Origin: Promethearchaeota archaeon
Lineage (GTDB): Archaea > Asgardarchaeota > Hermodarchaeia > Hermodarchaeales > Hermodarchaeaceae
Reading direction: 5' to 3'
Assembly: GCA_048938385.1 (NCBI GenBank)
Contig: JBHLMG010000015.1
Coordinates: 1-59,997 of the forward strand
DNA: 59,997 nt
Part shown: one piece after another, positions 9,014 through 18,447 of the stretch
How the letters are laid out: each line of letters opens with the position of its first letter
Numbering within the stretch: position 1 is the stretch's first letter
Made by a program: the position numbers and the translations under genes
Notes under the pieces: model-generated
The model's database searches: none
The model's input: the letters and a program-made list of their open reading frames with translations, nothing else
Told to the model about the DNA's origin: nothing

Positions 9014-10123
9014 GTGAGTTACAGCAGTAACCAGAAACGTGATTATTATGAAATCCTCGGGATCTCACGCCAAGCCACAAAAGAGGAAATCAAACGGGCA
9101 TACCGAAAACTTGCACTCAAATACCATCCCGACCGTAATAAGGAACCTAACGCAGCTGAGAAGTTTAAAGAAATCTCAGAAGCCTACGCGATTCTTTCTG
9201 ATGACGCCAAGCGGCGTCAATATGACCAGTTTGGCCATGCAGGAGTAGCAGGTCGCTGGAGCACTGAAGATATATTCGGAGGCATCAACTTCGAGGAAAT
9301 TCTACGTAGTTTTGGACTTGGAGGTGGATTGGGAGGTTTTGGAAGTATTTTCGACTTTTTCACAGGCGGATCAAGTCGAATGGCAACTCAACGCCCCTCA
9401 GCCATCGACTTGCGATATGATGTACAGATTAACCTGAAAGAAGCCGCCACAGGTGTGGAAAAGGAAATTAAATTTACACGAGATGAACTCTGCCTCCATT
9501 GCCAGGGGTCCGGAGCTGAGCCGGGCACTCCGTTAAATACTTGCCCCCAATGTCAGGGTCGAGGTGAACTCCGCCAAGTCCAGCAAACCATGTTTGGCCA
9601 AGTAATACGGGTGGGTACATGTCCATTCTGCTATGGTCGTGGACAGACAGCAGAGACAGCTTGTAGTGTTTGTAAGGGCAAACGAACAGTCCGTGAAAAA
9701 CGCTCACTGCAAGTCCAAATTCCACCAGGAATTGAGGATGGGACGATGCTTAGATTGAAAAATCAAGGTGCCTCACAAAACGGTAGCCCTCCTGGTGACC
9801 TGTATGTCGTAGTATATATTAAACCGGATAAAACATTTCAGCGGGTCGGTGATGATCTTCTCCTTGAATTAGAAATAACAATCACGCAAGCTGCGCTTGG
9901 AGCAGAGATCGAAATTCCCACATTAACATCGCAAGCAAAACTAAAAGTCCCACCAGGAACACAGCCTGATACGCTCCTTCGGTTGCGTGGTCAAGGGATG
10001 CCTCGAGCACGATACCGTGGCAATGGTGACCTGTTAGTACGAGTAAAGGTGAAAGTTCCTACACGGTTAAAGAAAGAGCAACGAGAGCTTTTGGAACAAC
10101 TTGCTAAAGAACTGGATTTGTAA
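9014..10123 (+). CDS. dnaJ: Chaperone DnaJ
   Basis: J domain with HPD, G/F-rich region, four CxxCxGxG-type repeats. Confidence 0.97.
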   Translation: MSYSSNQKRDYYEILGISRQATKEEIKRAYRKLALKYHPDRNKEPNAAEKFKEISEAYAILSDDAKRRQYDQFGHAGVAGRWSTEDIFGGINFEEILRSFGLGGGLGGFGSIFDFFTGGSSRMATQRPSAIDLRYDVQINLKEAATGVEKEIKFTRDELCLHCQGSGAEPGTPLNTCPQCQGRGELRQVQQTMFGQVIRVGTCPFCYGRGQTAETACSVCKGKRTVREKRSLQVQIPPGIEDGTMLRLKNQGASQNGSPPGDLYVVVYIKPDKTFQRVGDDLLLELEITITQAALGAEIEIPTLTSQAKLKVPPGTQPDTLLRLRGQGMPRARYRGNGDLLVRVKVKVPTRLKKEQRELLEQLAKELDL

Positions 10124-10139
10124 GCCCTAAAAAGGGATA

Positions 10140-11522
10140 CTAATTCGCTTTTGCAACGATTTGGATGTCCTTGAATTTAAGCGTCGGAGTAATCAAGGCT
10201 CCTACACCCCCCACAAAATAGGGTCGGACATCGTTACCGATTTCTTCTACCTTTTTGAGGAGGTCAAATGCGTTGCCAGCCAACATTAATCCATGAACGG
10301 CACCAACGAGTACACCTCCTTCGATACGAAAAGCCGGATTGGCTACGACACTGAAATCGCCTGTGGCCTCGTTCGAGGAGTGGGCACCTTGAAGCCCTTT
10401 AACGAGGTAGCCTGTGGAGATATCACTGACCATGTCTTCTAAGGAGTTTTTCCCAGCAGGAATGACCATATTGGTTATCCCGATGGCAACGAGTCCCTCC
10501 CGCAGTTGACGACTGGCATTCCCAGTACTAGGTTGATCATGTCGTTGTCCCCAGTAGGTATCCCATAAGAACGAGTGGAGTTTTCCTTTTTCAATCATTG
10601 TTGTAGTCTGTCGAGGAACCCCTTCACCGTCAAACAGCCCTGAAGCATAGCCGTTAGGGTAGCGACCATCATCATATAAAGAAAGGATCTTGGAAGCGAT
10701 ATTTTGCCCTTTTTTGTCTATAAGACGAGATTTTTTTCGCACAATGTTATTTCCCATCATTGAAGGGAGTGCTGCATGAATCAATAGATCACCTAAAGCA
10801 AATCCCCCGAATAGGGTCGTTCCCTTCCCTGATTCACCCTTCGCTGTTTTTTTCGCTAGCAAGACATCTCGAACAGTTGTATCAACTACAAAGTCGATAT
10901 CAAGTTTGAAAGTTCGATTTACATCAGCTGTCCATACTTGAGGCGTCATTCCAGAAGGAGTAGGTGCTACAAGAGCGGTGTAAGCAAAGACACCAGTACC
11001 TCGATCAGCGATCGCTATACCATTTGAATTGGCATAAGCAGACCAGCCAAAGAAACTGCCTGTCCCAGCTTCAGCGAGAATAATACTTGAATCATGTGCC
11101 ACAACTTTCTTCCCCATTTCTGTTGTCATATCAACGAACACGCTGGGATCAGTTTCCGGAATAGTTTCATCCCAAGTTCCGGAAATGGGCGTGTACTTGG
11201 ATTTTTCAGGAAACCCTTTCCAAGTTTTGTCAGATGTACTTGCTTTAGCTGCCGCCAGTGCCCGTTTGACGGTTTCTTGCAATGTTAATTCATTGATTCT
11301 ATTTGTGAATGCGGAGCCTTGCCGTTTTCCCAATACACAACGTACGGAAGCCCCGCCATCCTGGGATTTCATTGCTTTGTTCATTTGACCGAGGTTAATC
11401 TCACATCCAATCTCGAAGCTATTTTGAATCAAAACTTCAATATGATCTGCTTTTTGTGTTCCATAAGCTATGGTTTTTTCAGCTAGCGTTTGAAGTTTAT
11501 TTTCTTGGTTTTTCATTTTCAT
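10140..11522 (-). CDS. pmbA: TldE/PmbA family protein
   Basis: FDGEGVP, STGNASR, TGDFSV motifs; no HExxH; paired with tldD. Confidence 0.88.
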   Translation of the reverse strand: MKMKNQENKLQTLAEKTIAYGTQKADHIEVLIQNSFEIGCEINLGQMNKAMKSQDGGASVRCVLGKRQGSAFTNRINELTLQETVKRALAAAKASTSDKTWKGFPEKSKYTPISGTWDETIPETDPSVFVDMTTEMGKKVVAHDSSIILAEAGTGSFFGWSAYANSNGIAIADRGTGVFAYTALVAPTPSGMTPQVWTADVNRTFKLDIDFVVDTTVRDVLLAKKTAKGESGKGTTLFGGFALGDLLIHAALPSMMGNNIVRKKSRLIDKKGQNIASKILSLYDDGRYPNGYASGLFDGEGVPRQTTTMIEKGKLHSFLWDTYWGQRHDQPSTGNASRQLREGLVAIGITNMVIPAGKNSLEDMVSDISTGYLVKGLQGAHSSNEATGDFSVVANPAFRIEGGVLVGAVHGLMLAGNAFDLLKKVEEIGNDVRPYFVGGVGALITPTLKFKDIQIVAKAN

Positions 11523-11536
11523 ACACCGTCTATGAA

Positions 11537-12931
11537 TTAGTCTTTTCCTCCAAAGGTTATTGAACCATTTCCGAAGCGGATGAGAGGCCCCCCATCACTT
11601 ACGAAGGCAGCCTGCCCCTTTCCGCAGCGTCCTACCTCAAAGTCAAATGCTCCATTTCCAACGCCCTCAATTTTAAATAAGGCATCGGTAGCGATGCCCG
11701 AGATAGACATGTTCGTTACCGAGTTACCTATTTCACCGTTTACGATTTCGTAGGCTTCCTGAATGCCCACTTGGAAGCTAGCGTTCATCTCTGCTTGCCC
11801 CCCTCCTACGATGAGACAGTAGTAACCAAAATCTATCCCTTCGAAAAGTTCTTCGTCCTTCCAATCTCCGCGATCAAAGAAAGTATTTCTCATCCGAATT
11901 ATTGGCATAAAACGGTAATCTTGAGCCCGGGCGCTCCCCGAGGTTTGAGATTCTGTTTTCATTGCATACTCTCTGTTTGTCAGTAATGCGTTGAGCAAAC
12001 CATCCTTGATAATCTCTACACGGCTTGTGAGTACGCCTTCATCATCATACTTACTTGAACCAATGGCTCCCGTCAGGGTTCCATCATCGATCATTGTTAC
12101 ACCCTTGGGAGCAACTTCCAAACCTACTTTTCCTGCAAACGCGCTTTGGAGAAAGAGATCAGCTTCAGCCAAGTGTCCTAATGCTTCATGGGCTAAGGTC
12201 CCCACAACATGAGGACCTAGAACACAAGTGAAGCTACCAGGCTTTGGTGTAACACCATCAAGCTGTTTTTGAACCAAAGCGGTCATATGCTCAGCTACCA
12301 TCGAGGGGGTATACTTCTTTTCATAAATCTCCCATCCCTGAGCCGTGGATCCGAATGCATTTCGGGCTCCAGTCAGGTGACTGTTTTCTTTCCCAGTAAG
12401 CCGGACAAAGAGGTAAACATGCCCACAGCCAAGCTCCAGTTGTGTACCCTCATTGGTTACAATATATTTAGTACCAATTCCATCTTGTTGCCGAATTGTG
12501 ATAGCAGAGATTCGTGAGTCTAACCTTTGGCATTCCTTCCATAGCGTATCAAAGTAATTGATTTTATCTTGTGGATCAACCTCAGTAGGATTTTGTTCAA
12601 ACTTGATTGGAACAGTATCATGAACAGCTTTGATGTCTGCGAGAGTAATGGGATCCTTCCGAGACTTACTAGCACTCTTGGCTAGCGAGTAAGCATCTTT
12701 GACAGATTTTTTTAATTTGTCAGAAGACAAATCACTTGCCGATACAAAGCCCCATGTCCCATTAGCTAGGACACGGATTGCAACGCCTTCTTCGATGCGT
12801 TGGCTAATACCGCGTACTCGTCCATCCTCGTATTGAGTGTTACTCTGAGTTGATGATTCTGCGCGGAGTTCGACATAGGTTGCCCCTAGGGTTTGCCCGT
12901 ATTCAGCAGCTTTTTGGAGCTTGTCTATCAT
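11537..12931 (-). CDS. tldD: TldD family metalloprotease
   Basis: HEALGHLAEAD, YDDEGV, IRMRNTF, CGKGQ; probable start MIDKL at 12931. Confidence 0.9.
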   Translation of the reverse strand: MIDKLQKAAEYGQTLGATYVELRAESSTQSNTQYEDGRVRGISQRIEEGVAIRVLANGTWGFVSASDLSSDKLKKSVKDAYSLAKSASKSRKDPITLADIKAVHDTVPIKFEQNPTEVDPQDKINYFDTLWKECQRLDSRISAITIRQQDGIGTKYIVTNEGTQLELGCGHVYLFVRLTGKENSHLTGARNAFGSTAQGWEIYEKKYTPSMVAEHMTALVQKQLDGVTPKPGSFTCVLGPHVVGTLAHEALGHLAEADLFLQSAFAGKVGLEVAPKGVTMIDDGTLTGAIGSSKYDDEGVLTSRVEIIKDGLLNALLTNREYAMKTESQTSGSARAQDYRFMPIIRMRNTFFDRGDWKDEELFEGIDFGYYCLIVGGGQAEMNASFQVGIQEAYEIVNGEIGNSVTNMSISGIATDALFKIEGVGNGAFDFEVGRCGKGQAAFVSDGGPLIRFGNGSITFGGKD

Positions 12932-13035
12932 GGTCGTCACATCGTAATGGAAAAAGGCTCTGAAAGTATTAGGTCGCCATAGACGATGAGCTAAGATATA
13001 AAGAAAGTGGAAGGGCACATGTTAGGTGAACGCCA

Positions 13036-13515
13036 ATGACCGCCCAGAGACAAACTGAGATAAAATTCATCGTTGATGCTATGTTAGGCTCGTTGAGCAG
13101 ATGGCTTCGGTTCCTCGGATTTGATACATGGTTCTGTGCAACCCAAACCGATGATGAAATCCTGGACCGCGTCAATAGTCGAGTGCTTCTCACACGCGAC
13201 AAAGAGTTAATTCACAGAGCATTACACCGGGGTTGCACCGTAGTTAATCCTGGATACAGATCCATCCGTTCAATGCTTCAAAAGCTACAGGAAGAACTTG
13301 GGCTACAATTCGTTGCAGACCCAATGAAGAGCCGCTGCCCAGAATGTAATTCCTCCATAAAGGTTGTGGGTCACAACGAGGTAATAGGTCTTGTTCCTTC
13401 GAAATCGTTACATCGCCATGATACTTTTTGGCAATGTGAGAATAAAACCTGTCTGAAAGTCTATTGGCAAGGACGGCATTGGACGCGAATTCAAAAAACA
13501 TTAGCACAATTATAG
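13036..13515 (+). CDS. Mut7-C RNase domain protein (PIN-like + Zn ribbon)
   Basis: FIVDAMLGSLSRWLRFLGFDT, LLTRD, RCPECN, C..C.KVYWQGRHW. Confidence 0.9.
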   Translation: MTAQRQTEIKFIVDAMLGSLSRWLRFLGFDTWFCATQTDDEILDRVNSRVLLTRDKELIHRALHRGCTVVNPGYRSIRSMLQKLQEELGLQFVADPMKSRCPECNSSIKVVGHNEVIGLVPSKSLHRHDTFWQCENKTCLKVYWQGRHWTRIQKTLAQL

Positions 13516-13529
13516 CTCGAAGAGACGCG

Positions 13530-14066
13530 TTAAAGATGGCTTTGAGAGAAGTGTTGAGGTGTTAAGAACCTGGGTAGCGCGCAGATTACAGCATCACGCA
13601 GAATTTCAGTGCGATTCAACCGGTTTTGCGTTAATACCCCAACTAGGCCTTCATTTTCAAATAGATGCTTACGCCCTAGAAGGGAATTAATTGTGGATTT
13701 GCTCAGATCGCTAGTGGGATCGAGCAGGGCGATTAGATCCTTTGACACTTCAAAGCCCACCGAAGCGCCTACTCCAATAATTGCGTTTTGCTTAACTGCT
13801 GCAAAGGCTTGGACAAGGATACATTCGCTCAATGTGTATACACCCGATTCGATGCCAACCGCAAATTTCGCCGTGGGAAAGGCCTTCGATGCTGCCTGAG
13901 CCCGATTTAGGGCTCCTATCAGAGTTTCCTGTTGTGTCATTGGGAACGGGTTTACACCAGAAGTGACAGAAACAGGATGAATTTCGACATCCCTGTAATA
14001 TTTTGTGAAAGCTTGTTTGGTAGCAGTAAGCTTAACAGGATTCTGTGTTCCAACTACAATCTGCAT
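13530..14066 (-). CDS. yjjX: Non-canonical purine NTP phosphatase (YjjX-like ITPase/XTPase)
   Basis: VGTQNPVK, SGV..P...ET..GA.NRA, GIESG, GLVGVLT. Confidence 0.85.
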   Translation of the reverse strand: MQIVVGTQNPVKLTATKQAFTKYYRDVEIHPVSVTSGVNPFPMTQQETLIGALNRAQAASKAFPTAKFAVGIESGVYTLSECILVQAFAAVKQNAIIGVGASVGFEVSKDLIALLDPTSDLSKSTINSLLGRKHLFENEGLVGVLTQNRLNRTEILRDAVICALPRFLTPQHFSQSHL

Positions 14067-14114
14067 AACTCAAGATTAACGATTCGTTCTTTTAAAATCC
14101 AATTCTTTGGTTGT

Positions 14115-14648
14115 TCAATGCTTACTTTTTTGCAGCCGAGCAGCTTTGATGCTGCGATGAAGAGGTGATCCACGGGCTTTGAGTAATCTTAGAACTTTAT
14201 GAACCGCGTTCTTTCGACGCAGATAGCCATACAAATGGAGCAATGCTAAAAGGCCGATAAGGCTGATAAGGGCAAGAATTACAAAGCTAAGAGGATTGGC
14301 AAGTAAGGGGACAGTCCAAAAGCGAGTGGTGATAGTGGCGGCAATCACAAGGAGGGTTACGCAGGTTGTGTAAAACATTATGAGCGAAGCTACTAAAACC
14401 GTAGGCCAAAATGCTTGGCTTAAAATTCGAGTACCAGCATCTTGAGTAAAAAATCGAAAGCGCAGGTGTTTCGCCATGGTCACAGGGGTGAGCCCGAACC
14501 ATGAGCCTTGTCGGACTTCTAAAGCATCTGGAGGAACTGTGATAATAAGCTGGCATTTCATGTCTAAGAGGATTCGGCGTAATTCAGTATAGGCTTCGTG
14601 TTGCGGTAACTCTGTGAATCCCTCATACATAGGTCCTTCCTTGACCAC
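14115..14648 (-). CDS. Hypothetical membrane protein (2 C-terminal TM helices)
   Basis: 177-aa ORF co-oriented with neighbours; two hydrophobic segments. Confidence 0.6.
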   Translation of the reverse strand: MVKEGPMYEGFTELPQHEAYTELRRILLDMKCQLIITVPPDALEVRQGSWFGLTPVTMAKHLRFRFFTQDAGTRILSQAFWPTVLVASLIMFYTTCVTLLVIAATITTRFWTVPLLANPLSFVILALISLIGLLALLHLYGYLRRKNAVHKVLRLLKARGSPLHRSIKAARLQKSKH

Positions 14649-14686
14649 AGATGATGCCTTTTATTGTTTGGAAAGAGGTAGTTCAA

Positions 14687-15313
14687 TTAAGGTTTGCTTG
14701 GAATTCGTCCAAGTGGCATGAGTTCTCGGCTAAATGCATCGTTGAACATTCTTGCGAGGCCATAATAAATACCAGTGAATCCGCAGATAATTCCTTCATA
14801 CCCAGCTAAGATGTTAAGGGTGTTATTCATAATCGTTGTGTTATGCCAGGTATCCCAAGCATACCAATGTCCAAAAGCCACTAGCCAGAAGAAAAGCGCT
14901 AACATGAAGAAGAAGAGCTGAAGGACACGATTGGTCTTTAAAGAACCAAGGAACAGCCAGAAAGCGATGATGCCCCAAAGAAAGAAAAAGGGTACCTGCA
15001 CCCACATGCCAAGAGCAGGTTCCACAATAGGAGAGGTGACTCCGAGGGCGGGGAGGAAGTAGAAAAAGGTGTAAGAGAACCAAAACATTGACCCTAAGAG
15101 GAAGGCTACCGCGGTAAAGGAATCCCCTGTTTTCAGCGACCATAACCCGGCAATAAAAGGAAAAAAGCCACCAGCGAAGAACGCTGTGCTGAGTACAACT
15201 CCTAATCCATTGCTATCCATAATCTGGGCAAAATAAAGGGCAAGAAGCACAATCGCCAAACCAAATCCAATTGCCCCAAAAGATGAGGCATTGACAGTTG
15301 ATTGCTCTGTCAT
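14687..15313 (-). CDS. SatP/YaaH (GPR1/FUN34) acetate/succinate channel family
   Basis: N-terminal NASSFGAIGFG (variant of NPAPLGL.GFG), GDSFTAVAF, FWFS, AGYEGIICG; six TM helices. Confidence 0.85.
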   Translation of the reverse strand: MTEQSTVNASSFGAIGFGLAIVLLALYFAQIMDSNGLGVVLSTAFFAGGFFPFIAGLWSLKTGDSFTAVAFLLGSMFWFSYTFFYFLPALGVTSPIVEPALGMWVQVPFFFLWGIIAFWLFLGSLKTNRVLQLFFFMLALFFWLVAFGHWYAWDTWHNTTIMNNTLNILAGYEGIICGFTGIYYGLARMFNDAFSRELMPLGRIPSKP

Positions 15314-15404
15314 GGTAAGACACCTGTATTAAAGGCGCGTTTGTAGATAGGGGTTATATAAGGTTTTAGAGGGATGAGAGGAGAAAGAAGTATCTTTCTT
15401 CAAG

Positions 15405-15959
15405 GTGAATTTGATGAAACACGAAATAAAACCAACAACGGCGATGGTGCCCTGCCCCGCTGTCTTAGTAAGCGTTGGTGATAAGGAAGAAACCAACATC
15501 ATCACGATTTCTTGGGCCGCAAATGTCTGTTCAAATCCTCCTCGCGTGGTAATTAGCGTTCGTCCAGACCGTCACAGCTATGCGCTTTTACAGCGGACTG
15601 GTGACTTTGCCATTAACATCCCAGCTACAGATCAGTTGGGAGCAGTTATATTATGTGGAACTAAATCAGGGAAGACCGTAGACAAATTCAAAGCTACCGG
15701 ATTCACTCCCCAAGCCTCAACAGAAATCGCCTCTCCAATAATCGCTGAATGTCCATTAAATATCGAATGCAAAACTTGGAAGGTAATCGAGCTGGGTTCA
15801 CACCATCTATTCATCGCCGATGTCTTGAAGATCCACATTAACAAAGATGTTCTCAACGAGAAGGGACGAGTAGATTTAGGGAAATTAAATCTCCTAACCT
15901 ACAATCCCCTAGTCGGACAATACTGGTCCCTTGGACATCAACTGCAGCACCCTAAATAG
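15405..15959 (+). CDS. Flavin reductase family protein (flavoredoxin-like)
   Basis: PCPAVLVS, NIITISW, CGTKSG..VDKF, ECPLNIEC, GSHHLFIADV. Confidence 0.9.
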   Translation: MNLMKHEIKPTTAMVPCPAVLVSVGDKEETNIITISWAANVCSNPPRVVISVRPDRHSYALLQRTGDFAINIPATDQLGAVILCGTKSGKTVDKFKATGFTPQASTEIASPIIAECPLNIECKTWKVIELGSHHLFIADVLKIHINKDVLNEKGRVDLGKLNLLTYNPLVGQYWSLGHQLQHPK

Positions 15960-16122
15960 TCCACTTCTCAAATTCACCGATTCAAATTCTCAAATGCCTA
16001 TATGCCAAGATAGTGAATCTTTTAATTGGCGTATTCTTTATACGCCATCAGACGACACCTTCACCCACAGTAGTGGGATATTTCACAACAGGAAACTAAT
16101 ACTCTGGAGGATGTTAATTCCA

Positions 16123-16665
16123 ATGGTACTAGCAGCGATCGAAACAAACTTCACCTGTGGCTGTGGAACCCCCATGATCGTCATGGCGTTAGACCCAGCA
16201 CCCAACGATAAGGTAGATACACTATTGACCTGTCCACGCCACCAACTCGGACAACACATCATTCTCGACCATTCCGCCCTCGACCTCTGGGCACCTGTTG
16301 TTGCAGATCACCTCTATCGATGCGCAATTTGCGGACGAGAGTTATTACCAGGAACTAAAACAAGCTCCTCTGAAGTTACCACAACCTTTACACTGAATTG
16401 CCCAATCCATGGAACACAGAACAACACTCGCACCGTTTGGAGCGTCCTTCACCGTCGCCTTCTTTCCGAAATACAACGCCGCCGATCACCTCAACCTATC
16501 CCTAAAGAGGCCCCACCACCAAGCCCAGTAACAAAAGAACCTTCGTCACAGACCCTTGAAGTCGTCCCAGCGTCAACACAAGAAGCTCAGTTTTGCCCCC
16601 AATGTGGTAAAAAAATCCGAGGTAAAGACAACTTCTGTTTCCACTGTGGAGCAGCCATTGATTAA
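16123..16665 (+). CDS. Multi-zinc-ribbon protein
   Basis: CGC...CPRH, CAIC...CPIH, Pro-rich linker, C-terminal FCPQCG...FCFHCG; start after GGAGG (16106-16110). Confidence 0.7.
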   Translation: MVLAAIETNFTCGCGTPMIVMALDPAPNDKVDTLLTCPRHQLGQHIILDHSALDLWAPVVADHLYRCAICGRELLPGTKTSSSEVTTTFTLNCPIHGTQNNTRTVWSVLHRRLLSEIQRRRSPQPIPKEAPPPSPVTKEPSSQTLEVVPASTQEAQFCPQCGKKIRGKDNFCFHCGAAID

Positions 16666-17618
16666 ACCCGGTTCTCAACCTCAAGGTTATCGGAACGAGT
16701 ACGAAGGAGGGGTATAAGCATGGCTGCAACCATGACCAACACTAAGCCGATCCAATCAATAGGCGAAGGAATCTCTCCAAGGAAGAAAAACGCAAGAATT
16801 GCAATTTGAGCAAGCATTGTGCTGTTAATTATTGTCATTTCTAACGCTGTCAACTTTCGCATGGACCAATTCCACAAGGTAAAAGCAAGGGCAGTGTTGA
16901 CAACGGCAAGCCAAAGAACGGTTACAAACCCCCAAGGTGATAAGAAAAAGACTGGCGTAGTAAGATAACCACTAATTATGAGAAATATTGCCCCAATAAC
17001 CATACTAATCGCTGTCACAACGAGAGCTGATACCTCTCGTGATCGATTGATTCCTCGTCCAATAATCGCAGAGAAGGCATTTGCGACCAAACTAATCAAA
17101 ACAACGAAAATGCCCAAAAGAGAGCTTGTCAAGATCTCAATTGGCCAGAAGTAAAAGTAAGCCCCCAACAATGCGACGAGAACAAGGATCATTTGCCATT
17201 TGTTGGGCTTTTCATTCAAGAAGAAGAAAGCAAAAATCACAACGAGTATAGTCGTAAAGTTAAGAATGAAACTCACTGTAAGAGCAGGTAACAAAGCTAA
17301 ACCAACGAATTGAGTACCCATAGTAATTGAATAGTATACAAGACCATATATGAATAGGCGAAGCAACCAAGTTTTGTCAAGTGCACGAATCTCTTGACGG
17401 TGCGAGGGCATAACTAAAGCCGCACTCAATATAATTAGAGCAGCGAAAGAATATCGAAGACCAGCGAATAACAGCGGAGGAATCTCGTTGAGTCCAAATT
17501 TTATTATTACAAAAGAAGAAGACCAAAGTATTGTGACGAAAAAGGCGGTTAGTACTGCTAACCAATATTTTTTGTCAATCTTCCGAAACCGTCTGGAAGA
17601 GAAGCCACTGTCTGTCAC
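16662..17618 (-). CDS. DMT/EamA family transporter
   Basis: LWSSSFVIIKFGL..IPPLLFAGLRY; ten TM helices in two repeats. Confidence 0.9.
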   Translation of the reverse strand: MTDSGFSSRRFRKIDKKYWLAVLTAFFVTILWSSSFVIIKFGLNEIPPLLFAGLRYSFAALIILSAALVMPSHRQEIRALDKTWLLRLFIYGLVYYSITMGTQFVGLALLPALTVSFILNFTTILVVIFAFFFLNEKPNKWQMILVLVALLGAYFYFWPIEILTSSLLGIFVVLISLVANAFSAIIGRGINRSREVSALVVTAISMVIGAIFLIISGYLTTPVFFLSPWGFVTVLWLAVVNTALAFTLWNWSMRKLTALEMTIINSTMLAQIAILAFFFLGEIPSPIDWIGLVLVMVAAMLIPLLRTRSDNLEVENRV

Positions 17619-17774
17619 AATACAACCCTCGCATCATTGCATCAGTCACTCTGGTCTACGAGTATAAACTTTTTTTAAATTTAGGTTTTCAAAACAATCC
17701 GAATCATCTTATGAGAGGAATTCACATTCCTGAAACAGTATTCAAGCGGCTTTTTTAAAAATTCTTATACGGTT

Positions 17775-18428
17775 GTGACCGAGAATTTGCATATGAAAGC
17801 TGTTCCTGATGTCAGGATTCTTGATATTACTCAATCCGGACATTATGAGAACTATCTACACAGATGTCTTGTAGGTCCACCTTCAAAGCGTTATAAGAAA
17901 CGGATAGCATACATAGAAGAAGCGATTCCAAAGGGTTTCTGTAAAAAGCTTCTACTTTTCAAAGAAACTGTGGTAGGGACCATTGAATATTCACCACCAG
18001 AAGTCTCCTATTATCCGATAATCGGAGACAACCTAATTGTGATGAATTGTATTTGGGTATTAAGGAAAGCAAAAGGCTACAACTTTGGTCGAATGTTGAT
18101 TGCGGATCTGATTGAGAGTAAAAGGGAAGCCCATGGTATATCGACTATTGCGTTAACAGGCCATTGGAGCCCGTGGTTCAAAAAGGAGCAGTTTGAAAGG
18201 CTTGGGTTTAACTCATTGAATTCTGTGAGAGTGACTCATCAAACAAAGCGCAAAGAAACTCCTTTTGAAATACACCTAATGTGGATGCCAATGAAGAGAG
18301 ACGCGCGACCACCATCATGGCATCGACAGAAACTACTTGAAGGAATCACCGCATGCACCGCTCATCCCCTCTATCACCCACAATCATATCAACCAAAGCA
18401 GATTTTTAAGAAATGCTCAGACGATTAA
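17775..18428 (+). CDS. GNAT-fold N-acetyltransferase (YoaP-associated type)
   Basis: VGTIEYSP, MNCIWV..KAKGYNFGRMLI acetyl-CoA loop, FERLGF. Confidence 0.7.
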   Translation: MTENLHMKAVPDVRILDITQSGHYENYLHRCLVGPPSKRYKKRIAYIEEAIPKGFCKKLLLFKETVVGTIEYSPPEVSYYPIIGDNLIVMNCIWVLRKAKGYNFGRMLIADLIESKREAHGISTIALTGHWSPWFKKEQFERLGFNSLNSVRVTHQTKRKETPFEIHLMWMPMKRDARPPSWHRQKLLEGITACTAHPLYHPQSYQPKQIFKKCSDD

Positions 18429-18447
18429 CTTCGCTTCGAGAAATGCG

